A stretch of 64,000 nucleotides of DNA. Source: Pseudomonadota bacterium (GTDB lineage: Bacteria; Pseudomonadota; Alphaproteobacteria; Rhizobiales; Hyphomicrobiaceae). This document shows positions 1 through 9,673 of this stretch, piece after piece; the first letter of the stretch is position 1; every line of letters begins with the position of its first letter. Made by a program: the position numbers and the translations under genes. Below the pieces are notes generated by a model. It ran no database searches. It worked only from the letters and a program-made list of their open reading frames with translations, and was not told the DNA's origin. The DNA is taken from assembly GCA_023410905.1 (NCBI GenBank), contig JAEYPL010000031.1, forward strand, positions 31,137 through 95,136. The letters are read 5' to 3'.

Positions 1-1
1 G

Positions 2-3000
2 AACCTGACCGAGCAGGTCCGAGGTATCGTGAAAGTTGTGACGGCGGTGGCCAACGGCAATCTCACCCAGCGATTGACCGTGCAGGCCAAAGGCGAAGTC
101 GCGGCACTCGCCGATACGATCAACAACATGACCGACACGCTCGCCATATTCGCCGAGCAGGTGACGAACGTCGCGCGCGAGGTCGGCGTGGAGGGGCGGC
201 TCGGCGGGCAGGCCAATGTGCCCGGCGCGTCCGGAACGTGGAAGGATCTGACGGGCAACGTCAACCTGCTCGCGGCAAACCTCACCAGTCAGGTGCGCGC
301 GATCGCGGAAGTCGCGACTGCCGTGACGAAGGGCGACCTGACGCGGTCGATTCAGGTCGAGACGCGCGGCGAGGTGGCCGAGCTGAAAGACAACATCAAT
401 ACGATGATCTCGAACTTGCGCGAGACGACATCGCGCAATCGCGAAGAGGACTGGTTGAAGACCAATCTGGCGCGCTTCACCGGTATGCTTCAGGGGCAGC
501 GTGAGCTCAACACGGTCGGCCAGATCCTGCTCAGTGAGCTAAGTCCGCTCATCAAAGCCTATCAGGGCACGATCTATCATCTCGACAGTGGCGGTACGCA
601 AAGGGAGCTGCAACTTCTCTCCAGCTACGCTCATCGGGGTGCGATCATCGAAAGGCTTGCTCTCGGCGAGGGACTTGCCGGCCAATGCGCGCTCGAGAAG
701 AAACCCATTCTGCTGAGCGATGTCCCGAGCGAGTTCATCACGATCTCGTCCAGCCTCGGCGAAGCCAAGCGGATCAGCATCATCGTGCTGCCGGTGCTGT
801 TCGAGGGCGAAACGAAAGCCGTCATCGAACTTGCCGCGTTGCAGCCATTCTCCGAAGCCGATCTCGCGTTCCTCAATCAGCTCACGCCGACCATCGGCGT
901 CGTATTCAATACGATCGAAGCGACGATGCGCACCGAGGGTCTGCTTACGCAGTCTCAACAGTTGACGGCGGAGTTGCAGTCCCGGCAGAGCGAACTCCAA
1001 GTCAGGAACGAAGAACTCGGCACCAAGGCTCGTTTGCTGGCCGAGCAGAATGCCGAAGTCGAGCGCAAGAATGCCGAGGTGGAGCAGGCGCGCTATGCAC
1101 TCGAGGAAAAGGCCGAAGAACTCGCGCTGACGTCGAAGTACAAGTCGGAATTCCTGGCGAACATGTCGCACGAGCTGCGCACGCCGTTGAACTCCATTCT
1201 CATCCTCAGTCAGCAACTTGCTGCGAATGCATCTCGTTCGCTCTCAGACCGCGAGGTGGAGTTCTCCCGCAACATTCATGCGTCGGGTTCCGATCTGCTG
1301 CATCTGATCAACGACATTCTGGATCTATCCAAAATCGAATCCGGAACCGTTACCGTCGAGATCGAGGAAATTGCGTTCTCCGGTTTGCGCGACACCATCG
1401 ATCGAAGCTTCCGCCACGTGGCCGAGGCGAAGCGGCTGCCTTTCTACGTCGAGTTTGCGAGCGACCTGCCGCATGCCATTCACAGCGATCCCAAGCGGCT
1501 CCAGCAGATACTCAAGAATCTGCTCTCCAATGCGGTGAAATTCACGGCCAGCGGTCATGTCACCGTGCGCGCCGAGCTGGCGAGCGCCGGCTGGTCAAAC
1601 GATCATCCGGTGCTCAGCAAGGCAGAGCAGGTCGCTGCGTTCTCAGTGGAAGATACCGGCATCGGCATCGCGCCGGAGAAGCAGAAGCTTATCTTCGAAG
1701 CCTTCCAGCAAGCCGATGCCGGTACGTCGCGCAAGTTCGGCGGAACTGGTCTCGGCCTTGCCATCAGCAAGGAGTTGGCACAACTGCTCGGCGGCGAAAT
1801 CAGGCTCACGAGCAATCCTGGAGAGGGCAGCACGTTCACGTTGTTCGTGCCAGTGCGCTATTTCGTTTCCGAGAACCATGTCGATGTATCCGGCAGATCC
1901 AGCGACGCCATGACTGCGCCTCGCCAACTGATCAGTTTGCCCAAGCCTCGCGTGGAACAGTTTGATGACGATCGCAACGACATAGCGAAGGGTGATCCCG
2001 TCTTCCTGATCATCGAGGACGATAGCCATTATGCTCAGATTCTGCTGGGCATGGCGCGCGAGCGGGGCTTCAAGGGTGTCGTCGCCAGCATGGGCGGCGC
2101 GGGACTGGCTCTCGCACGCCAGCTGCGACCGACGGCGATCTCGTTGGATATCTCCTTGCCTGACATGCTCGGCTGGACGGTGCTGAATCAGCTCAAGGTG
2201 GATCCGGCAACGCGTCATATTCCGGTGCAGATTGTCACTCTCGAGGATGAGCGGCGACACGGCCTCGCACATGGCGCGCTCTCATATGTCGTGAAGGGGC
2301 CGACGACCGACGCCCTGGAAGCGGCATTCGATCGGGTCACGCAATTCCTTGCGCCGCGCAAGAGGCGCCTCCTGGTCGTCGAGGATGGCGGTGTCGATCG
2401 ACAGTCCATCGTAGACTTACTGAGCCACGACGATATCGAGATCGAGGTCGTCGCGACCAGCGGCCACGCGCTGGGCGCCCTTGACGGCAAGCCTGCCGAT
2501 TGCCTCGTGCTCGATATGCGCTCCTCGGGTACCGCGAGCCTGGCGCTGCTCGAGAGAGTTGGAAGAAGCCCCCAGTGGTCAGACGTCCCCGTCGTGGCGT
2601 TTACCGAGCAGGCACTCGTTGCCGAAGAGCACGCTGCGATCAAGGCCGCGGCCAGAAATCTTGTCGTCAAGGATATTCAATCGCCCGAGCGGTTGCTCGA
2701 TGAGACCTCTTTGTTCTTGCATCGCTTGGCGAGCGATCTGCCGCCGGACAAGCAAGCCATGCTGCGGCGGCTTCACACTTCCAACGAAGTATTGAAGTCG
2801 CGCAAAGTGCTGGTCGTTGACGACGATGCGCGAAACATCTTCGCGCTGACATCCCTTCTCGAGAACTACGAGATGGAGGTGCTCAACAGCACCAATGGTC
2901 GTGACGCGATAGAGATCGTCCAGAACACACCAGACCTCGCCATGGTCCTCATGGACATCATGATGCCCGATATGGATGGCTATGAAACCATGCGGAGAGT

Positions 3001-3166
3001 TCGCGCCATGCCGGAAAATCGCACGTTGCCGATCCTGGCTCTCACGGCCAAAGCCATGAAGGGCGATCGAGAGAAATGTCTGGATGCCGGCGCCAGCGAC
3101 TACATATCGAAGCCCGTGCATTCCGAGCAGCTTCTATCGCTGATGCGCGTGTGGCTATTCCGATGA
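2..3166 (+). CDS. Hybrid sensor histidine kinase, 5'-truncated by the window edge (poly-HAMP, GAF, HisKA, HATPase_c, three receiver domains)
   Basis: The ORF 29..3166 frame stays open back to the window start. It has repeated HAMP-like segments (GEVAALADTINNMTDTL, GEVAELKDNINTMISNL), a GAF-like region and a coiled coil. It has the H-box SHELRTPLNSI and N/G boxes LLSNAVKFT, DTGIGI, GTGLGLAI. Three CheY-like receivers follow (LIIEDD..SLDISLPD; LLVVEDG..VLDMRS; VLVVDDD..LMDIMMPDMDG..SKP). Confidence 0.9.
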   Translation, partial: NLTEQVRGIVKVVTAVANGNLTQRLTVQAKGEVAALADTINNMTDTLAIFAEQVTNVAREVGVEGRLGGQANVPGASGTWKDLTGNVNLLAANLTSQVRAIAEVATAVTKGDLTRSIQVETRGEVAELKDNINTMISNLRETTSRNREEDWLKTNLARFTGMLQGQRELNTVGQILLSELSPLIKAYQGTIYHLDSGGTQRELQLLSSYAHRGAIIERLALGEGLAGQCALEKKPILLSDVPSEFITISSSLGEAKRISIIVLPVLFEGETKAVIELAALQPFSEADLAFLNQLTPTIGVVFNTIEATMRTEGLLTQSQQLTAELQSRQSELQVRNEELGTKARLLAEQNAEVERKNAEVEQARYALEEKAEELALTSKYKSEFLANMSHELRTPLNSILILSQQLAANASRSLSDREVEFSRNIHASGSDLLHLINDILDLSKIESGTVTVEIEEIAFSGLRDTIDRSFRHVAEAKRLPFYVEFASDLPHAIHSDPKRLQQILKNLLSNAVKFTASGHVTVRAELASAGWSNDHPVLSKAEQVAAFSVEDTGIGIAPEKQKLIFEAFQQADAGTSRKFGGTGLGLAISKELAQLLGGEIRLTSNPGEGSTFTLFVPVRYFVSENHVDVSGRSSDAMTAPRQLISLPKPRVEQFDDDRNDIAKGDPVFLIIEDDSHYAQILLGMARERGFKGVVASMGGAGLALARQLRPTAISLDISLPDMLGWTVLNQLKVDPATRHIPVQIVTLEDERRHGLAHGALSYVVKGPTTDALEAAFDRVTQFLAPRKRRLLVVEDGGVDRQSIVDLLSHDDIEIEVVATSGHALGALDGKPADCLVLDMRSSGTASLALLERVGRSPQWSDVPVVAFTEQALVAEEHAAIKAAARNLVVKDIQSPERLLDETSLFLHRLASDLPPDKQAMLRRLHTSNEVLKSRKVLVVDDDARNIFALTSLLENYEMEVLNSTNGRDAIEIVQNTPDLAMVLMDIMMPDMDGYETMRRVRAMPENRTLPILALTAKAMKGDREKCLDAGASDYISKPVHSEQLLSLMRVWLFR

Positions 3167-3332
3167 GCCGTAGAGGTGATTACGCATGGCAGCGTGGTCG
3201 AATTCTACAGCTGCCAAGCTGAGGTCAGACGGAACAGAAGTGATGCGAACGCTTGGTAATGATGCGAGTGACGGGCTGCATGTCGGCATTGCAGATCGGT
3301 CGGGAGGCGTCGACTTGGCGACGGCAGAGGAA

Positions 3333-4460
3333 ATGCCGATCAACATACTTGTCGTCGACGACGAGCCCAAGAATCTGATGGTGCTCGAGACGATCCTCGA
3401 CGATCCGCGATATCGCCTTGTTCGAGCCGAGTCCGCGGATCAAGCCCTCCTCGCTCTCCTGGCACGGCAATTCGCCTTGATCATTCTCGACATACGGATG
3501 CCTGGGACGAGCGGCCTCGAACTTGCAAAGATGATCAAGGAACGGAAAAAGAGCTCTCTGATCCCGATCATATTCCTGACCGCTTACTACAACGAGGATG
3601 AGCACGTGCTCGACGGATATGGCAGCGGCGCCGTCGACTATCTGTACAAGCCCGTGAATTCTGCGGTCCTTCGTTCGAAAGTCGCTGTGTTTGCGGACCT
3701 TCACCGCAAGCAGCGGCAGAGCGAGCTGACCAATCGAGCGCTGCAGGCGGAAGTCGCCTCGCGACGTAGCGCGGAGGAGCAGCTCCGTCAGCTCAATACG
3801 ACGCTGGAAGACCAGGTCGCCGAACGTACGAAGGACATCGAGACGCTGCTGAACGAGGTCAATCATCGTTCGAAGAATATTCTCAGCCTGGTTCTGGCGA
3901 TTGCGAACCAGACGGTAGTCAGCGCGCCGAATGATTTTGTGCAGCGGTTTACGCGTCGCGTTCAGGCACTGTCCACACACCAGGATCTTCTGCTCAGCAG
4001 TCAGTGGCGGAGTATCGACTTCTCGACACTCATTCACGCCCAGCTTGCACACTTCGAGGACATTGTTGGAGAGAGGATTGTTCTGAGCGGTCCTCCGCTC
4101 AGGGTTTCCGCGCGGGCTGTGCAATCGCTTGGCATGGCCGTTCATGAGCTCGCGACCAATGCCGTCAAGCATGGTGCGCTCTCCAACCAGAAGGGGCACG
4201 TGGATATTGCGTGGCAATTGGCGGGCGGTGACGACCACGGACGCTTTGTCATGAGTTGGAGCGAAAGCGGCGGCCCTTCTATCCGTGCACCGAAGAGACG
4301 GGGCTTTGGCTCCAAGGTCATAAAGAACATGATCGAGTTGAGCCTCAACGGTGACGTGAAACTCGACTACGCACCTGCGGGCTTCAGTTGGGAGCTCGTG
4401 TGCCCCGCGCGGAAGATTCGAGATAGCGAGATCGGCGACGACGGGAAGGGTGCGCAATGA
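3333..4460 (+). CDS. Receiver-domain HWE-family histidine kinase
   Basis: N-terminal receiver (ILVVDDEP..ILDIRMPGTSG..YLYKP) and a coiled coil. HWE/HisKA_2-type H-box NHRSKNILSLVLAIANQT, N-box HELATNAVKHGAL and a W-x-E-x-GGP motif (MSWSESGGP). The ATG at 3333 is preceded by GAGGAA; the ORF track start at 3186 is possible but adds a non-domain leader. Confidence 0.85.
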   Translation: MPINILVVDDEPKNLMVLETILDDPRYRLVRAESADQALLALLARQFALIILDIRMPGTSGLELAKMIKERKKSSLIPIIFLTAYYNEDEHVLDGYGSGAVDYLYKPVNSAVLRSKVAVFADLHRKQRQSELTNRALQAEVASRRSAEEQLRQLNTTLEDQVAERTKDIETLLNEVNHRSKNILSLVLAIANQTVVSAPNDFVQRFTRRVQALSTHQDLLLSSQWRSIDFSTLIHAQLAHFEDIVGERIVLSGPPLRVSARAVQSLGMAVHELATNAVKHGALSNQKGHVDIAWQLAGGDDHGRFVMSWSESGGPSIRAPKRRGFGSKVIKNMIELSLNGDVKLDYAPAGFSWELVCPARKIRDSEIGDDGKGAQ

Positions 4461-4831
4461 AGATGCCACTTGCGAGCAATCGCGCGTTAGTGGTCGAGGA
4501 TGAGCCGTTTCTCGCCATGGATGTCGCGGATCTGCTTACCGATGCAGGCTTCGAGGTCGTCGGTCCAGCTACCTCGGTGGCTGATGCCCTGAACTTTCTG
4601 GACGACGTCGGCTGCGACGTCGCGGTCCTCGATATTCATCTCGGCGAGGAGAACTCCGAGCCGGTGGCGCTTGCGCTGAAATCGCGGGGAACACCGTTCG
4701 TCGTCGTGTCTGGAAACTCGCAGAAGCACTTCCCGGCGGGATTTGAAGGCGCACCGTTTCTGTCCAAGCCCTTCTCGCCATCGATACTCATAGGCCTCCT
4801 TCGGAGCATCGTCGGCTCCAACGTGGAGTGA
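4457..4831 (+). CDS. Stand-alone CheY-like receiver (single-domain response regulator)
   Basis: 124 aa consisting of a receiver only (LVVEDEP..VLDIHL..LSKPF). Its start overlaps the kinase stop as ATGA, indicating translational coupling. Confidence 0.85.
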   Translation: MKMPLASNRALVVEDEPFLAMDVADLLTDAGFEVVGPATSVADALNFLDDVGCDVAVLDIHLGEENSEPVALALKSRGTPFVVVSGNSQKHFPAGFEGAPFLSKPFSPSILIGLLRSIVGSNVE

Positions 4832-5165
4832 AAGCGCCGGGGGCAGGCATGAGCGAAGCAAGTCGGGAGCTTCTGCCGGCACCCGGACTTGTACCCTGCG
4901 GCAAGTCATCGATTGGGACGCTGTCGCGCTCTCCGATGCTCGTATCAACCGTCCGTGGGAGCAGGCTGGTCTCGCTCGACCTCATTCCCGTAAGGCGCGG
5001 TTCATCTGATCAGTGATGGGCTTGGCTAGGTAGGAGAGAGCATGTGCGCGCGCCAGTCGACGCGAACACCGCGACGGGCAGGCCGGGCGCAAGCTTGAGA
5101 CTGTCGACTGTTCGGGGTCATTGTCGTCCATTTCCAGACGCACGATCTGGTCAAGCCTGGTAAGG

Positions 5166-5863
5166 CTAGATCGTTGTCATTCGCTTCAGGCCAATGAGCC
5201 TGTCGCAAACGATCAGCGCTGCGATCGTCGCCATGATCAGCAGAGCTGACGTCGCCGCAACGGTCGGATCAGGGGACATCTCGAGCTGGTTCATGAGCTG
5301 AATGGGCAGCGTCTTCGTGTGCACATCGACCAGAAAGATCGAGATGGGATAGTTGTCGAACGAGGGATGAAGGCAAACAGTGCGCCGGACATCACGCCGG
5401 GAAGAATGTTCGGGACAAGCACACGCCAGAGCGCCCTCGGATATGAGCAGCCCAGCATCCGCGCGGCATCGACCATCGAAAAATCGAACATCAACAGGCT
5501 GGCGAGCACGGTTCGCATGATGAACGGCATCGTCAGCACGATGTGCGCGATAAGGAGCGTCGTGTAGGCATCGCCGCCGGGAACCATGCGGCGAACCACG
5601 GCGATGGTGCAGAGCGTTCCGAGAACCAGGGAAATGAGCGTCGAGATGAAAGCTACCTGCGCTGACAGCCATGCCGAAGCGAGCAGCCCATCAGCGTTCC
5701 TGATCGAATAGTACCATTTGAGCGAGAAGCCCTGCGGCGGAAACGAGAAGATTGCCGACTCCGTGAAGGACACGGCCACGACGATGATGATCGGCGCAAA
5801 GAGAAACACGAGCACGAGGCCAAGCATGACCCAGCAGAACGCGAATGAGACGCGAGGTATCAT
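5166..5863 (-). pseudogene. PotC-like ABC transporter permease, frameshifted
   Basis: The N-terminal part lies in ORF 5291..5863 and reads well up to GALFAFI. The C-terminal part (DNYPISIFLVDVHTKTLPIQLMNQLEMSPDPTVAATSALLIMATIAAL) continues in the frame of ORF 5166..5672. A single frameshift lies near 5350. The EAA-loop region DAARMLG..RALWRVLVP is present. Confidence 0.75.
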
Positions 5864-6668
5864 CCCTTGCGCCCCCTGCGGCTCGCGGGCTCCGCGAAGT
5901 AGGTCGACGTGAATACGATCGTGACGGCAACGATCAACATGACGATCGCCATGCTGGCGCCCAGGTTGAAGTCGCGGATGTTGAGGTACGCGTTGGCCAT
6001 CACCTGCGACATCGTCATAAAGCGATCACCGATGAGCAGCCCCGGCGTCACATAAGCCGCAACCGAAATCGAGAACACCAGCGATATGCCGGCGACGACG
6101 CCCGGCATGGTCAGTGGGAGCGTAACTCTCCGAAAAGCCGTCACCGGCCCCGCGCCGAGCGAAGCCGCTGCGTCGGTGAGGCGAGGGTCGAGCTGACGCA
6201 TGACGGAATAGATCGGCAGGATCATCAAGGGCAGGAAGACATTGATCATGCCGAGGTAGAGTGCGAACTCGGTGAATACCAGGCGCATCGGCCGATCGAT
6301 GAATCCGAACGTGAGGAGCAGCCAGTTCAGTATGCCGTCCCTGCGCATCATGATCGCGAGACCGAATGTCTTCACGATGATGCTGACCGTCAGCGGCAGG
6401 AAGATGAGGCGAAGAGAAGTACCTGGAGGCGCGCCGGCGCCCGCGAAAGCGCAAAGGCCGCCGGGTATCCGATCAGCAAACTACCGATCGTCGTGATCAA
6501 GCCGAGCTGCAGGGAGTTCCAAATGATCCCGATGTAGTAGGGATCGCCAAGCACCTTTCGATAGCCCGCGAGGCTCAGGCCATCCGCGTCGCGGAAGCTG
6601 TCCGCCACCAGGATCAGGACGGGGATCGCGAAGGCCACCACCATGAAGACGAGGCCCGGCAGCACCAT
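5860..6668 (-). pseudogene. PotB-like ABC transporter permease, frameshifted
   Basis: The N-terminal 92 aa (ORF 6390..6668) end in ..LSRAPARLQVLLFASSSCR*. The expected continuation LIFLPLTVSIIVKTFGLAIMM.. is in the frame of ORF 5860..6375, giving a 1-nt frameshift near 6405. The EAA loop DAAASLGAGPVTAFRRVTLP is present. ATGA-type overlap with the downstream permease. Confidence 0.75.
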
Positions 6669-6764
6669 GACGGCCGGCGCATCGAAACTGAAGGAGCGAC
6701 GCCGCGTCGCGACTGTAGTCGGTGGACGGCGCCCGCTCCTGTGCAGCCTCGGTGCTTACGACGT

Positions 6765-6989
6765 TCACCTCGCCGAGACCTCCCGTTCGAAACGTTCGAT
6801 CATGGCATTGCGATTGTCGACGAAGTACTCCCAATCCAGCGAGACGAGATCGGGGAACGTGAGATCCGCCGGAAGCACCGTCTTGCTGTTCGTGGGCTTC
6901 GAGAAGAACGTCTTGGCGATGTAGGCCTGAATGTCGGGGCTGAGCATCTCGTTGAGGAACTGGATGCCGATGTCCTGGTTCGGTCCGCC
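6765..6989 (-). pseudogene. C-terminal fragment of a PotD-like periplasmic substrate-binding protein
   Basis: The minus-frame translation ..ASAGGPNQDIGIQFLNEMLSPDIQAYIAKTFFSKPTNSKT.. matches only the C-terminal lobe of polyamine-type binding proteins. Homology stops abruptly near 6990, where transposase homology starts on the other strand. Confidence 0.6.
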
Positions 6990-7470
6990 TGCCGAAGCCG
7001 AACACGTCGAACGCCGCAGCCTTTGGCCGCTTCGACAAAGCGGATTTTGTCTACGTTACTGCTGAGGACATCTACATCTGCCCGGCCGGCGAGCGGTTGA
7101 CCTACCGAATGACGAGCGAGCACGACGGCAAGATGGTTCGCTTGTATTGGACGTCAGTCTGTGAGGCCTGCCCGATCAAGAACAGGTGCACAACCGGGAA
7201 AGAGCGTCGCGTCCGCCGCTGGGTGCACGAGGTTATCCTCGAGCGTGTCCAGAAGTGGCTCGACGATGATCCCTCGAAGATCCCGCTACGGGCAAAACAG
7301 TCGAGCACCCATTCTGCACGATCAAAGCTTGGATGGGCGCGACGCACTTCAAGACGAGAACGATGCCGCGCGTTGCCGCCGAGATGGCACTTCACGTTCT
7401 CGCCTTCAATATGATGCGCGTTTTGACGATTATCGGTGTGCCCCGTCCGATGGAGGCGATGCGTGTGTGA
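6990..7470 (+). mobile_element. IS1182/IS5-like DDE transposase remnant (C-terminal ~160 codons, 5'-truncated and frameshifted)
   Basis: One frame reads LPKPNTSNAAAFGRFDKADFVYVTAEDIYICPAGERLTYRMTSEHDGKMVRLYWTSVCEACPIKNRCTTGKERRVRRWVHEVILERVQKWL. It continues in another frame as VEHPFCTIKAWMGATHFKTRTMPRVAAEMALHVLAFNMMRVLTIIGVPRPMEAMRV*. This is the typical C-terminus of IS1182-family transposases. No N-terminal part and no paired inverted repeats were seen. Confidence 0.75.
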
Positions 7471-8189
7471 CGGGAGCCATCTCCCCCTTTGGCTGCCTCG
7501 TGGGAACATCGCAGATCGCCATGTAATCGGTTAGCGCGACCTCCTGGCGCGAAATAGCCGGAAAGCGATCCTCGTCTCATTCGCCGCGCTCATCCAGTCC
7601 GCGGCGCCCCCCCACAACCCCGGTTGTCACACAGCCTCCAGAGTAAGGCGACATGCCGGCCCGCCGGTTGAGCGACGATCATCGCCCGCAAGCAGGTTAA
7701 ACGGATCCAGCGGGTAAGCTGTCTCAGCACGTTGACAAAGCAACAAAAACTTCAACATCACGAAGACGGACCATCCGGTAGCCTTCACCAACCGCGTGAC
7801 CGTGGGCATGACAAGACCGATCTCGAAGCAGTCGCCATTTACAAAGCGGGCAGCCCCCATCGCGCGCTCGACGTTCACCATCAGAAGCGCCTCGACGATC
7901 TTCGGCATCCCCTGACCGGAAACCTCGCCAGCTCGATAAGCTCCCGGCCGAAATGTGCTGTCGCCGATTACGTGTTTGGCACACAGATCAAGTAAATCGA
8001 AGGTTCCGTCGTAATAACGGCCGCATCCAGGACGTGCCGAGTGACCAGGCGATCCGTGAACGCAGCGACGACGTTTAGTTCGTCGTCGTGGCTCAGAAGG
8101 AAGCGGCCGATAAACTCGGACTTGACGAGCGCAAGGTCGTCGCCCCACGACACATGGGGATCGCGGCCTGCAAGCAGCATCGGCGGACT

Positions 8190-8476
8190 CTGACGTTTAC
8201 AGGGCTCGGAACTGTGGAGGAGCTGCTCTCTCCTAATCTCTCGGGTCCGCTAGAAGCGTTGCTGAGCACCATCGAGCCGGGCGCTGATAGCGGCGACTAC
8301 AGCCATGATGGGAGTCGGGGCTTGTCCTCTCGGGCACGCTCGATCTATGGGTCGCCGACAAATTCTTCAGGCTGGAGGAGGGCGACAGCGTTTCGTTCAA
8401 AAGCACGGATGTGCATCGCTGCGCCAATCCCTGCGATGTCCCGACCAAATGGATCATCACGCCTCCGCACTATTAG
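8190..8476 (+). pseudogene. Remnant of an XRE/cupin-type regulator (cupin domain only, frameshifted)
   Basis: The frame ending at TAG 8474-8476 reads ESGLVLSGTLDLWVADKFFRLEEGDSVSFKSTDVHRCANPCDVPTKWIITPPHY*, a cupin beta-barrel C-terminus. The preceding ..IEPGADSGDYSHDG is in another frame, indicating a 1-nt deletion near 8313. No HTH domain was found upstream. Confidence 0.45.
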
Positions 8477-8617
8477 GACTGCGCGTGCCCCGCACGGGAT
8501 CTCGCGCGCACGCAACACTCTCGCCGGCCGTGGTGATCCTGCACTAGAAATCCAGTGTCATTCGTTAGAGTGCTCTGAAATTCTAGGCTGTGGCTGCCTC
8601 TGAGCATCGAAGCGTGC

Positions 8618-9673
8618 CTAAATTGCCCCCGCCTCGACAACATCTTCAAACATCGCATCAAGATTGGTCAGGGACATCGTCTTAGTGGGGCCGATAATGA
8701 CCAGCGCAGACCCGCTACTTGCACCATTGCCCTGCTCTGATACCCAGTTTTCCCGTTGTCCTACCCGATGAAAGATCGTGCGCGTGCCGGTTTGGTCAGA
8801 CTGACGGAACACGCCTTTAGCGCGAAGCACATCGGCCGGTATTTTGCGCAGGCTGTCCCGAAGTCGATTGGCATCGACGGGGCCCGACCAGGATCGGCTC
8901 CAGGTTGAAAGGCCGATCTCGTGGGCTGCCGTGCAAGCAATCTCAGGATCGCGCATTGATTTCACGCCAAGCACGAGATCGGGCGGCACATCCGCATTCG
9001 ATGTCTCGACACGTGGAGCCGACGTTATTGCCTCGAGGAGGCCGTGCATGTTCACTCGGCTCGCTGGAGCGACAAGATCGCACTTGTTGAGCAGCAGGAG
9101 ATCCGCTGCCTTGATCTGTTGCTCGACGGTTGCGCGAGTGAGCGCATCTGCCAGACGGCTTTCGATGCCGTCTGCGTCGACTATCGTGATGACTCCGTCG
9201 AAGCGCACGCTTGGATTGGAAAGTGCGACCAGCAGGATGCCGCGCGGGTCGGCGGCACCGCTTGCCTCAAGTACGATGCAATCGGGCATCTCATCGCGTT
9301 GGGCGATTTGAACCAGTGTGCGTGTGAGATCGCCGGCGACAGTGCAGCAAGCGCATCCGTTGGTCAGCTCTATCGTATCGGAAGACACGCCTTTGATGAG
9401 TTCTGCATCGATATTGATGGCGCCGAAATCGTTCACGATGACCGCGATCTTTCTCCCATGTGGCTGCGTAAGGAGACGATTCACCAGCGTGGTCTTCCCG
9501 GCGCCGAGAAAGCCACTGATCACCGTTAGCGGCAGAGAACCTTTCGCAGCCCGCAACGTTGGAGGAATAAACTGAGCGGCCTGCATCAGGCCAGTGAGCA
9601 TGGAAAGCGTCGAGAAATTATCTGCTACCGTCCGCGTTTGCTGCAAGGGATCATCCCCGCTCGAATCCGTCAT
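8618..9673 (-). CDS. COG0523/CobW-family G3E GTPase (putative metallochaperone), copy 1
   Basis: P-loop GFLGAGKTTLVN, CxCC motif (NGCACCTV), the NKCD-type switch LLLNKCDL and a CobW_C-like tail. ATGA overlap with the upstream amidohydrolase. Confidence 0.9.
   Translation of the reverse strand: MTDSSGDDPLQQTRTVADNFSTLSMLTGLMQAAQFIPPTLRAAKGSLPLTVISGFLGAGKTTLVNRLLTQPHGRKIAVIVNDFGAINIDAELIKGVSSDTIELTNGCACCTVAGDLTRTLVQIAQRDEMPDCIVLEASGAADPRGILLVALSNPSVRFDGVITIVDADGIESRLADALTRATVEQQIKAADLLLLNKCDLVAPASRVNMHGLLEAITSAPRVETSNADVPPDLVLGVKSMRDPEIACTAAHEIGLSTWSRSWSGPVDANRLRDSLRKIPADVLRAKGVFRQSDQTGTRTIFHRVGQRENWVSEQGNGASSGSALVIIGPTKTMSLTNLDAMFEDVVEAGAI

Noticed and set aside
3186-3332. Longer start for the receiver-HWE kinase. 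Similarly long track starts exist for other genes (16669, 16477, 19673, 22522, 30703, 35160, 37561, 40659, 41527, 48185, 48348, 48507, 50336).
   Set aside because: The extensions add non-homologous, often Arg/Ser-rich leaders and overlap neighbouring genes or predicted promoters. Internal ATGs with Shine-Dalgarno sequences align with family N-termini.
5026-5165. C-terminal trace of the missing PotA-like ATPase (..GVRVDWRAHMLSPT*).
   Set aside because: Only about 20 residues vaguely resemble TOBE-domain ends. This cannot be distinguished from chance without a search.
7097-7526. ORFs 7097..7414 and 7161..7526 as independent genes.
   Set aside because: They are frames of the same degraded IS1182-like transposase remnant.
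7627-8180. Minus-strand ORF fragments (7627..8148, 7968..8180) as a creatinase/M24 N-terminal domain remnant.
   Set aside because: The similarity rests on one short segment (..RHVLDAAVITTEPSIYL..) and the overall pattern. That is too weak for a feature call, so it is mentioned only as tentative within the decay-zone finding.
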